Shown here: piece after piece, positions 56,297 through 64,000 of the stretch
Layout of the letters: each line of letters starts with the position of its first letter
Numbering within the stretch: the stretch's first letter is position 1
DNA from: an uncultured Acidobacteriota bacterium
GTDB lineage: Bacteria; Acidobacteriota; Thermoanaerobaculia; Gp7-AA8
Assembly (NCBI GenBank): GCA_963822445.1
Contig: CAWGHO010000002.1
Span: 1,888,001-1,952,000, forward strand
DNA length: 64,000 nt
Reading direction: 5' to 3'
Program-made: the position numbers and the translations under genes
The notes under the pieces: model-generated
What the model was told of the DNA's origin: nothing
The model's input: the letters and a program-made list of their open reading frames with translations, nothing else
Database searches by the model: none

Positions 56297-56959
56297 ATGA
56301 CCTTTCGCTGGTGGGTTGCGTTCTCGCTGCTGATTCTGGCCATCCATGAGGCGCACGAGCTCGTTCATGTGGTCACGGGCCGGCTTCTTTGCGGCACGTG
56401 GGCGTCCCGCGATTTCAACGCCTGGTGGTTCACGCGTGACTGCGACAGCGTCCTGCCGACACTCGCCGGGCCGTTATTCAGCTATCTGCTCATGCTCGCC
56501 GGCGCCGCGATTGCGGCGAAGTGGGAGTCGCCGCGGCGATGGATCGGCGTGGCCTTGCTCTTCGCCGCCAACCCGTTTGCCCGGCTGTTCACCGCGGTCA
56601 TGGGCGGTGGTGATGAGATGGTCGTCGGAAGACGCATCGCCGGCGTCGCGGAAAACACGATGGCCGTGCGGGTCGCGGTGTTGCTCGTCGTTGCGTCGAT
56701 CTGCGTTTCGGTCATGGTCGCCGGCTGGCGCGCGCTCGGCGGACTGAATCGGCGCGCGCTCTGGTTCACCGGCCTGCTCCTCTGGCCGATGGTCCTGACG
56801 GGCACGCTGTTGTTCGTGGTGGGGAACCGCCTGCTCCGGGCGGGCGTCCTCGCCGAACCGGCGATCACAGGGGCACCGATGCTGGTCGTGGTGGTCACCG
56901 TCATCGTTTTCGTGATGACCGGACTGACGGCGAAATGGTTGTCGAGTGAAAGCTCGTGA
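56297..56959 (+). CDS. Membrane protein with an HExxH motif (M50-like)
   Basis: HEAHELVH, AGP and NP....GGGDE motifs; multiple TMs. Confidence 0.65.
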   Translation: MTFRWWVAFSLLILAIHEAHELVHVVTGRLLCGTWASRDFNAWWFTRDCDSVLPTLAGPLFSYLLMLAGAAIAAKWESPRRWIGVALLFAANPFARLFTAVMGGGDEMVVGRRIAGVAENTMAVRVAVLLVVASICVSVMVAGWRALGGLNRRALWFTGLLLWPMVLTGTLLFVVGNRLLRAGVLAEPAITGAPMLVVVVTVIVFVMTGLTAKWLSSESS

Positions 56960-57351
56960 TTACGCTTCGCTCAGCGTCGTGGTGGATTCTGGTTGCCGCG
57001 CTGAGCCTTTGCCTCTTCGCGGTAGCCATGGTTGTTTTTCCCGATGCCTTGCAGACGGTGTATCTCCGCCAAACGGCAGCGCCTCGGTTGAAGCGCGAAT
57101 TCGGCTTCGACTCGGACTATGTCCGGAGCACGTTCACGATCACGCGTATTACGCCGGACGGCGTCCTGGCGAAGGCGGGAGTACGAGTTGGCGACCGGCC
57201 CTGGGATTATCACGGCCGAGATGAAATGTCGTTCTACTACATGCTGCAGGCGGCGCGCAGTCGCCGCGTCGTGTTGAGAGTTCGGCGCGAGCCACCGGGT
57301 AGCGGGATCGTCGAGATTCCGGTGTCCCTCAGGGCAGAGATCCCGCGATGA
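56956..57351 (+). CDS. Membrane-anchored PDZ-like protein
   Basis: N-terminal TM; FGF, ITRITPDG..AKAGVRVGD and V.LRVRR motifs. Confidence 0.6.
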   Translation: MITLRSASWWILVAALSLCLFAVAMVVFPDALQTVYLRQTAAPRLKREFGFDSDYVRSTFTITRITPDGVLAKAGVRVGDRPWDYHGRDEMSFYYMLQAARSRRVVLRVRREPPGSGIVEIPVSLRAEIPR

Positions 57352-58523
57352 TCGCGCGCGAGCGCATCCACGCTCTCGACGTCCTCCGCGGCGTGGCCGT
57401 TGCCGGCATTCTCTTCGCGAACGTGCTGGTGTTCTTCGGTGTGTTCGTTCTGCCGGAGGATCGCGCCGCCGCCCTTTCAACCGCAGACACTGATCGGGTC
57501 GCGCTGTTTCTCGAGCGGGTCTTCGTCGAAGGCAAGTTCTACTCGGTGTTCTCCCTGCTGTTCGGAATCGGCTTCGGCGTGCAGCTCGCCCGCGGCGGCG
57601 ATGAGGTGCTGCCGCGATTCAAACGTCGCCTCCGCATCCTGCTCGCGATTGGTGCCGTTCACGCCTTCCTGATCTGGGGCGGCGACATTCTGATGTTGTA
57701 CGCGCTTCTCGGCTTCACGCTGCCATGGTTCGCGCGGCGATCCGACCGCGCGCTCCTGCGACACACCGTGATCCTGCTGGCCGTGCCGACAGCGCTCTAT
57801 GTCGTTGCGCTCGCGATCTGGACGCTCGTCTCATCCGGCGCGGCTCCGACATCTCCCGGCTCGAACATGCCGCCGAAGATCCTGGCAATCTTCGAAGCGA
57901 TGGGCACGGGAGGGCTGAAGGATGCGTTCATCGGCAATCTCGTTCTTCTCGCCGGCCGGTGGGCCGACCTGTTCGCAACGGTGCGATTCCCGAAAATTCT
58001 CGGCATGTTCGTGCTGGGTCTCTGGGCCGCGCGCACCGGCCTCGCGCTGTCGCCGTCCGATCACCGAGCCACCCTCGTGCGATGGAGTCTCCTCGGCTGG
58101 GTTGTCGGCCTGCCGGCGAACGTCATCGCCGCATGGGCCTTCGAACACTGGCGCTACTTGCCGCCGTCGGCCGGAGCACTCCTCGGCGTGGCTTTGCAGG
58201 GCGTCGGCATCCCCATGCTGGCCCTCGGATATGCAGCCACGGTTGGACTGCTTGTCGTCGACGGATGGCGTTTCGTCAACGTGTTCGCGCCTGTGGGTCG
58301 CATGGCGCTGACGAACTACCTGATGCAATCGATCGTCTGTGTCCTGCTCTCCTATGGATTCGGACTTGCGCTGTGGTGGCGAATCGGCGCGTCGACGGCG
58401 ATGGCGATCGCCGCCGCAATCGTGATGCTGCAGATCCCGCTCAGCGCTTTATGGCTCTCGCGATTCCGCTTCGGGCCGATCGAGTGGATCTGGCGCCGGC
58501 TCACCTACGGTCGGCCGCTTTGA
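57348..58523 (+). CDS. DUF418 (YeiB-like) membrane protein
   Basis: RI.ALDVLRG, GKFYSVFSLLFG, GDIL..Y, GRMALTNYL.Q and GPIEW.WR motifs. Confidence 0.9.
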   Translation: MIARERIHALDVLRGVAVAGILFANVLVFFGVFVLPEDRAAALSTADTDRVALFLERVFVEGKFYSVFSLLFGIGFGVQLARGGDEVLPRFKRRLRILLAIGAVHAFLIWGGDILMLYALLGFTLPWFARRSDRALLRHTVILLAVPTALYVVALAIWTLVSSGAAPTSPGSNMPPKILAIFEAMGTGGLKDAFIGNLVLLAGRWADLFATVRFPKILGMFVLGLWAARTGLALSPSDHRATLVRWSLLGWVVGLPANVIAAWAFEHWRYLPPSAGALLGVALQGVGIPMLALGYAATVGLLVVDGWRFVNVFAPVGRMALTNYLMQSIVCVLLSYGFGLALWWRIGASTAMAIAAAIVMLQIPLSALWLSRFRFGPIEWIWRRLTYGRPL

Positions 58524-58571
58524 GCGCAAGCGCTGTCAACCTGGAGCCGATGCGCGCGTAGGTAGCCGGGT

Positions 58572-59132
58572 ATGAAGACCTTCGCTCACACGGCCGGCGA
58601 GCTCGCGGCTCGCTGGTACGTGTTCCTCTTCCTGAACATCTACGGCGTCGCCAAGATCGCCGGCGGCCAGTTCTATCGCCACGGCAAGGTGCCCGTCGAC
58701 GTCGCGAGCACGCCACTCGGCGAAGCGTCCGCGTTCGATCTCGCCTGGGTCTTCATGGGTTACTCGTTCGGCTACATCCTCGTCATCGGACTCGCGGAGA
58801 TCATCGGTGCCTGGCTTCTCTTGTGGGAACGCACCAAGCTTCTTGGCGTCGCGGTTCTTCTGCCGGTGATGGTGAACGTCATCGTCTTCGATGTGTTCTT
58901 TCTCGACGAATACGGCGCGCTCGCCAGCGCGACGATCTACACGTTGCTCCTGATCGCCATCCTGATCCTCAACAAAGAGGCAGTGGTGCGGGCGATCCGC
59001 GCGCTCATTCCGGAATCCGGCGTGCTGTTCCGGCCGAGGGCGCGGGTTGCCGTCGTGGCACTCTCGCTCATGGCCCTGCTGTTCCTCGTCGATCAGTTGC
59101 TGGTGAACTTCTTCGGACACGGCAGGGGATAG
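58572..59132 (+). CDS. DoxX-like membrane protein
   Basis: YG.AKI..GQF, LAW.FMGYS and LLPVMVNV motifs. Confidence 0.65.
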   Translation: MKTFAHTAGELAARWYVFLFLNIYGVAKIAGGQFYRHGKVPVDVASTPLGEASAFDLAWVFMGYSFGYILVIGLAEIIGAWLLLWERTKLLGVAVLLPVMVNVIVFDVFFLDEYGALASATIYTLLLIAILILNKEAVVRAIRALIPESGVLFRPRARVAVVALSLMALLFLVDQLLVNFFGHGRG

Positions 59133-59137
59133 CGCGA

Positions 59138-60103
59138 TTACTTGCGCGGGATGAACGCCACGATCCGTTTCTCGAGCTCCGGCGCGAGCGGCAGCGAGGG
59201 ATCGCCGTACGAGGCGAGGTGCTGGTCGCGGTCACCGTCGAAAATCTTGAGCACGTGGTTCATGCCGCTGATCATGGCCAGCTCGCCGCGCGGCGCCGCG
59301 GCAACGAGCGCTTCCGCGTCAGCACGCGTAGCCTGGACGTCCGTCGTTCCCTGAACGATCAGCACCGGCACCTGCAGCCGCGCGATCTCCTTCGCCGGGT
59401 CATAGGCAAACCAGGAGATGAGATACGGCTGCACGCTCGGTCGATAGAGCATGAACAACGCCGGATTCACGGGCGACACGGTCTTGCCCGCGATGAGATT
59501 CTCCAGAACGCGCTCGCTCTCGTCCCACAGCTCCTTCGACAACTGCGGGCGCAACTGCTCGCGAAGGAGGTCCGGCGTCGTTCTTCCCGCGCCGGCGATC
59601 GAGACGAATGCATCCGCGCCCGCTTTCTGCGCGGCCAGGATGCCGAGGAGCGATCCTTCGCTGTGACCGATCACGGTGATGGTCGAGAAGCGGGGATCGC
59701 GCCGAAGCATGCGCACCCATTGCGCCGCGTCATCGGCGTAGTGATCGAAGCGGAGGTCGGCCTCGTTGAAGATGGGCGCGCTTGCCCCGATTCCTCTCTT
59801 GTCATAACGCAGCGAGGCGATTCCGTTGCGCGCAAGCGCCTCGGCGAGCATGCGCAGACTGTTGTTCGGCCCGGACAGCAACGGCGAATTGCCGTCGCGA
59901 TCGGTCGGTCCCGATCCGGCGATCAGCAGTGCCACCGGAATCGCTTTCTGCTGATTCGCCGGCACCAGCAGCGTTCCATGGAGCGCGCCCGTGACGCCCG
60001 GAAGCTCGACCTTCTCTCCGACCGGATCACTGGTCATGGCCGGAGCCGTTGCGCAGGACGCGAGCAACAACGCCGCGAGAATCGTGATCGTCATGGTTCT
60101 CAT
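59138..60103 (-). CDS. Alpha/beta hydrolase lipoprotein
   Basis: LASC lipobox; GSGPTDRDGN, RYDKRG, GHSEG, D.Q and MNH motifs. Confidence 0.9.
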   Translation of the reverse strand: MRTMTITILAALLLASCATAPAMTSDPVGEKVELPGVTGALHGTLLVPANQQKAIPVALLIAGSGPTDRDGNSPLLSGPNNSLRMLAEALARNGIASLRYDKRGIGASAPIFNEADLRFDHYADDAAQWVRMLRRDPRFSTITVIGHSEGSLLGILAAQKAGADAFVSIAGAGRTTPDLLREQLRPQLSKELWDESERVLENLIAGKTVSPVNPALFMLYRPSVQPYLISWFAYDPAKEIARLQVPVLIVQGTTDVQATRADAEALVAAAPRGELAMISGMNHVLKIFDGDRDQHLASYGDPSLPLAPELEKRIVAFIPRK

Positions 60104-60162
60104 TGATCGCTACCGTAGCAGACTAGCTTCTATACTTTGCTGCGCCTGCGACGGAGGACTGA

Positions 60163-60573
60163 ATGCGCCTCGATGTCTACGTCAACTACCGCGGCAACTG
60201 CGAGCAAGCGTTCCGCTTCTACGAGCAACACCTCGGCGGCAAGATCACCGGGCTGGTGCGGCACGGCGAACAGCCCGGCAATCCGAACATCCCCGCCGAC
60301 TGGAAGGACAAGGTCATGCATGCGCGCATGGACATCGGCGACACGGTGCTCATGGGCGCGGACATCCCGAACGCGGAACCAATGCGCAGCGCTTACCTGA
60401 CGGTTACCGTCGATCGGGAGGAAGACGCGGAGCGAATTTATGAAGCGCTGCTCGCGGATGGCGGGGAGATCTTCATGAAGATGGAGAAGACCCCGTTCGC
60501 CAACCGCTTCGCCATGCTGCGCGACAAGTTCGGCGCGTCCTGGATGCTTCTACATCAACCCGAAGCTTCGTGA
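60163..60573 (+). CDS. VOC/PhnB family protein
   Basis: GNCEQAF.FY...LGG, VMHA and DKFGASW motifs. Confidence 0.88.
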   Translation: MRLDVYVNYRGNCEQAFRFYEQHLGGKITGLVRHGEQPGNPNIPADWKDKVMHARMDIGDTVLMGADIPNAEPMRSAYLTVTVDREEDAERIYEALLADGGEIFMKMEKTPFANRFAMLRDKFGASWMLLHQPEAS

Positions 60574-60579
60574 CGCGTC

Positions 60580-61401
60580 ATGCGAGCCGCGCTAGGTAAG
60601 CTCTGGGGTCGCTTGCCGGCGCTGGTGCGTGGTGCGGTCCTCGCGTTCGTCATCCTCGCCATCGGACAGTTGCCGCCCGGCGTCTTTCTCGCGATTGGCT
60701 TGCAGTTCACGCCACGGATCCCGTGGTGGCCGTTGCCGACGATCGTGTGGCTGTGGCTGTTCTGGCAATCCCTGAACGGCCGTTGGTGGCCGTCGACGAC
60801 GGCCGAAGCGAGACGCGAGCATCTTCGCGCGCCGCCGCTGTCCGCGCGCATGTGGATCTGGTCCCTCGTTGCCGGCGGTTTCGGCATGGCCGCCGTGCTG
60901 ACTACGGCGCTCTTGGCCGGTCTCGTCGCCGATCTCCCTCGTGAAGCGTACGAGGCGCCGCTCGACCTCACGCGCTACCCCACCTGGACCGTCGTGGCGT
61001 TCTTCTTCAACGTCGCGCTGGTGGCCGGAGTCGTGGAAGAGGCCGCGTTTCGAGGGTACATGCTGTCCATCGTCCAGCGGCGCCACGGCTGGTGGATTGG
61101 GATCACCAGCGTGGCCGTTTTCTTCTACCTCGTGCACCTGAGCCACGCCTACGCGACTTCGGCGTTCGTTCCGTTCTTCCTGGCCTACAGTTTCCTGCAC
61201 GGTCTGCTGGTGTATCTGACGCGTTCGATTCGTCCCAGCGTTCTGCTTCACGCTCTCGGCGACTTCACCATTCTGCCGATCCAGTACGGAGTCATGCGCG
61301 ATCCATTCGGTCCCTCGATTCGCGCGCACGTACTGGCGGTGCTGTGCTTCGGGGTCCTGACGCTGATCGCGTTCCGCTCTCTCGCTCAGAATCGTTCGTA
61401 G
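60580..61401 (+). CDS. CPBP (Abi/CAAX) intramembrane protease
   Basis: EEAAFRG, F...H and H...D motifs. Confidence 0.88.
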   Translation: MRAALGKLWGRLPALVRGAVLAFVILAIGQLPPGVFLAIGLQFTPRIPWWPLPTIVWLWLFWQSLNGRWWPSTTAEARREHLRAPPLSARMWIWSLVAGGFGMAAVLTTALLAGLVADLPREAYEAPLDLTRYPTWTVVAFFFNVALVAGVVEEAAFRGYMLSIVQRRHGWWIGITSVAVFFYLVHLSHAYATSAFVPFFLAYSFLHGLLVYLTRSIRPSVLLHALGDFTILPIQYGVMRDPFGPSIRAHVLAVLCFGVLTLIAFRSLAQNRS

Positions 61402-61802
61402 AACGTATCGATCACGCCGAAGCCCTCGACCGGCACCGCATGCATGCGCAGACCGAATGCGGTCTTGCCGTTCAGCACGCGATTGGCGAAGGAACCGGTG
61501 ATGGTTCGGGAGCTGCCGTCGTCGAAGTTCGCGCGCGCGGTGAAGCTCGCTCCGTTCAGGACGATCGCGTTCAGAACGGCGACGCGGCCCATCTCGACGT
61601 AGTTGCCGCGCAGCACTCCTTCGTCGGACAGTTCCAGGATCAGACCGTACGACTCGGCGGGACCGCGGTAGCTGCCGGTGACATCCGCCGCCTGCACGGT
61701 CACTGCTTCGAAACGCTTGTTCTTCGTTTTCGGTGCTTTGTTCTTCTCGGCGTACGATGCGAAGGCGACGACGATCAGCAGGATGGCTCCAAACTTCCGC
61801 AT
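61386..61802 (-). CDS. Hypothetical exported protein
   Basis: GGAGG RBS, signal peptide ending ASYA, beta-rich body. Confidence 0.65.
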   Translation of the reverse strand: MRKFGAILLIVVAFASYAEKNKAPKTKNKRFEAVTVQAADVTGSYRGPAESYGLILELSDEGVLRGNYVEMGRVAVLNAIVLNGASFTARANFDDGSSRTITGSFANRVLNGKTAFGLRMHAVPVEGFGVIDTFYERF

Positions 61803-61854
61803 GGTCAGGTCCTCCATTTGTAAATACGGCGGAATGCGGGTTTAGTTAGCAACC

Positions 61855-62202
61855 ATGCAAGGCGCTCTCTACCTCGCCGCGTTTCTTCTGGTCGCCGTGG
61901 GCATCGCCCATTCCTATCTCGGCGAGCGCTTCATCCTTTCGCGGCTGGCCGGCCGCAGCAGTGAGTCGATGATGCGGGTCCTGCGGTTCGCGTGGCACAT
62001 CACCACGGTGGCCTGGTGGGGATTCGCGGGAGTCATCGTCGTGCTCGCGCACCCGCCTGCGACGCCGAAGAACCTCGGCCTGGCGATCGGCTGCACGTTT
62101 CTCCTGCACTTTGCGATCGTGATCATCGCTTCGCGAGCCAAACATCTGTCCTGGCCCGTGTTCCTCGCGATCGGTATTCTCGTGATCTACGCGACGCGAT
62201 GA
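61855..62202 (+). CDS. Small 4-TM hypothetical protein
   Basis: HSYLGE and WH motifs with hydrophobic helices. Confidence 0.7.
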   Translation: MQGALYLAAFLLVAVGIAHSYLGERFILSRLAGRSSESMMRVLRFAWHITTVAWWGFAGVIVVLAHPPATPKNLGLAIGCTFLLHFAIVIIASRAKHLSWPVFLAIGILVIYATR

Positions 62203-62203
62203 C

Positions 62204-62884
62204 ATGAGTGAATCAGTCGATGTCCAGGTTGAGTCGGCCCTCGCGTGGCTGAGGAAGCACAGCACCAAGGCCGCGCTCGATGGCATGTCCCGCTACGCCA
62301 TCCCCTCGACCAACGCCTACGGAGTGGCCATGAAAGACATCAAGGCCCTCGGCAAAACGATCGGTCGGAACCACGACCTCGCGCTGGCACTTTGGGAAAC
62401 CGGGGTTTACGAGGCGCGCATGCTCAGCTCGTTCGTCGGCGATCCGGAGAAGCTCACCGCGGCACAGATGGACCGCTGGTGCAAAGACTTCGACAACTGG
62501 GCCTACTGCGACGCGTTGAGCTTCAACCTCTTCGACCGCTCGCCGCATGCGTGGGCGAAGGTTGCGAAGTGGAGCAGCAGGAAGAACGAGTTCGAGAAGC
62601 GGGCGGCCTTCGCGCTGCTGTGGAGTCTCGCCCTTCACGACAAATCAGCGGACGACGCGCAATTCATGAAAGGCCTCGCTTTGATCGAGCGAGAAGCGAC
62701 GGACGAGCGCAATTTCGTGAAGAAGGCCGTGAACATGGCCCTTCGCGCGATCGCGAGACGCAACCGCAAGCTGGAGGCCGCGGCGATCGCCGTCGCGCGG
62801 CGTCTGGCGAGCTCCGAGAATGCGACGGAGCGGTGGGTGGGGAAGGACGCGCTCAACGAGATGACGCGGAGGAAGGCAAAATGA
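62204..62884 (+). CDS. DNA alkylation repair protein (AlkD-like HEAT repeat)
   Basis: LALALW....EAR, DFDNW..CD and DERNFVKKAVNMALR motifs. Confidence 0.88.
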   Translation: MSESVDVQVESALAWLRKHSTKAALDGMSRYAIPSTNAYGVAMKDIKALGKTIGRNHDLALALWETGVYEARMLSSFVGDPEKLTAAQMDRWCKDFDNWAYCDALSFNLFDRSPHAWAKVAKWSSRKNEFEKRAAFALLWSLALHDKSADDAQFMKGLALIEREATDERNFVKKAVNMALRAIARRNRKLEAAAIAVARRLASSENATERWVGKDALNEMTRRKAK

Positions 62885-63231
62885 CACGCAATAAAGAGAC
62901 AGTCGAGAAATACATGGAAGGCTTCCGGCGAAGCGATCATGCCGCGATCCTGGCCTGCCTCACCGACGACGTCGAATGGGAGCTTCCCGGCGCGTTTCAC
63001 ATCCATGGGAAGGAAGCGTTCGACCGGCACATCGAGAGCGAAGCATTCGTCGGGAGTCCCGCAATCACCGTCACCCGTCTCACCGAAGAGAACGATGTGG
63101 TCATTGCCGAAGGAACGGTGCGCACGCAGCAGAAGGACGGAGCGGTTCTGAATCTGGTGTTCTGCGATGTATGCGAGATGCGCGAGGGCCTGATCAAGCG
63201 GCTCGTGAGCTATCTGGTCGTCGTCGGGTGA
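62881..63231 (+). CDS. SnoaL/NTF2-like protein
   Basis: LTDDVEW.LPG, V.AEG and FCDV..MR.G.I motifs. Confidence 0.85.
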   Translation: MTRNKETVEKYMEGFRRSDHAAILACLTDDVEWELPGAFHIHGKEAFDRHIESEAFVGSPAITVTRLTEENDVVIAEGTVRTQQKDGAVLNLVFCDVCEMREGLIKRLVSYLVVVG

Positions 63232-63241
63232 GACGCCGCGT

Positions 63242-63640
63242 ATGCAGGAGATCGCGTTTGGCATCGGCCTGGTTCTGCTCGTTCTGGCCTTTCTGGCCTT
63301 TCGAAAGACCAGGACCTTCATTGCGCGATGCCGCATGGCGCAGGGGACGATCACCGCTTTCACCGAAGAGCAGGATTCCGACAGCGGGTCGACTTACTAC
63401 TATTCGGTAATCCGTTTCGTCGATTCATCGGGTGCGTCGCATGAGATCCCTGGCGCGCATGGGTTGCAGGAGCCGCCGGAAATCGGCACGCCCGTTTCGA
63501 TTACTTATGATCCCTCGTATCCGACGAACGCCTGGATCACCGGGACGGCCGCCCCGTGGGTGATTCCGTGGCTGGTGTTGATCGCCGGTCTTTGCGCGAT
63601 CGGCGCAGGCGTGGGCGTTCGCTTCAGCGGAGGGTCGTGA
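63242..63640 (+). CDS. DUF3592-like membrane protein
   Basis: TM, AQG.I, F.D..G, G..V...YDP..P..A and C-terminal TM. Confidence 0.75.
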   Translation: MQEIAFGIGLVLLVLAFLAFRKTRTFIARCRMAQGTITAFTEEQDSDSGSTYYYSVIRFVDSSGASHEIPGAHGLQEPPEIGTPVSITYDPSYPTNAWITGTAAPWVIPWLVLIAGLCAIGAGVGVRFSGGS

Positions 63641-63975
63641 TGACCTTCATCAATTGGGCTGATTCCGAAGAAATGCTCGGACTGTTGTCGGAGTACGTCG
63701 CCGACGAGCGCGGCGAAGCTCACGGCGATCCGCCCCGCGCGGCATTCCTCGCCGAGCTCTCTGCCGCGCTTTCCGATCTGCTCGAGCGTGCCGACGATCT
63801 GCCGGCGACCGAAGTGATCGAGCAATTGCGGGCGATTCATCGGGAGCAGGATGATGCGTTTGCCGCGGATCCTGTGCTCGTTCACGTCGAAGCCTGCATC
63901 GAAGAACTGCAGCGGATCGCGGGCTGGGAGAAACATGCCGAACTGGAGCATCGCCCCTTACTTCCTTGTCGATGA
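63640..63975 (+). CDS. Hypothetical acidic helical protein
   Basis: ATG overlaps the upstream stop; host-like codon usage. Confidence 0.6.
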   Translation: MTFINWADSEEMLGLLSEYVADERGEAHGDPPRAAFLAELSAALSDLLERADDLPATEVIEQLRAIHREQDDAFAADPVLVHVEACIEELQRIAGWEKHAELEHRPLLPCR

Positions 63976-64000
63976 CGTCGTCACGAGCGCGAATTTCTAT

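Noticed and set aside
61847-63236. Further attC core-like heptamers before starts (GTTAGCA at 61845, GTGAGAC at 63228)
   Set aside because: No accompanying stem or R'' box; could easily be chance

Overview
High-GC bacterial chromosomal segment, most consistent with Acidobacteriota (inferred from a Cys-rich insertion in the RpoB N-terminus, rplM-rpsI-rpsB-tsf linkage and an IPTL-CTERM protein). 1-27 kb: mixed housekeeping and accessory genes, including mtnP, a PfkB kinase, an amidohydrolase, a lytic transglycosylase, nadK, a ClpX paralog lacking its zinc domain, comEA plus a FimT-like pilin, an Eco57I-like N6-methyltransferase/SNF2-like helicase pair with no visible nuclease, a PilR-like sigma54 activator, a PTPS-III-type enzyme, an ECF sigma/ZAS anti-sigma pair, two Thr/Asp-rich lipoproteins, coaE and folD. 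27.5-49.1 kb: core information-processing cluster rplM-rpsI-rpsB-tsf-pyrH-frr-ispDF-gltX-pyrD-rlmB, five tRNAs, and rpmG-secE-nusG-rplKAJL-rpoB-rpoC. There is no tuf here, and a small DnaJ-type zinc-finger ORF lies between rpoB and rpoC. 49.1-64 kb: accessory strip of small, mostly co-oriented genes with degenerate integron attC-like sequences and a compositionally distinct four-gene island (membrane protein, sodium:solute symporter, ICMT-like methyltransferase, FcoT-like hotdog protein). Frameshifts in the essential genes frr, ispD, secE and rpoB are most likely sequencing or assembly indels. No CRISPR array, rRNA, transposase or integrase was seen. All calls come from motif recognition by eye; no searches were run.
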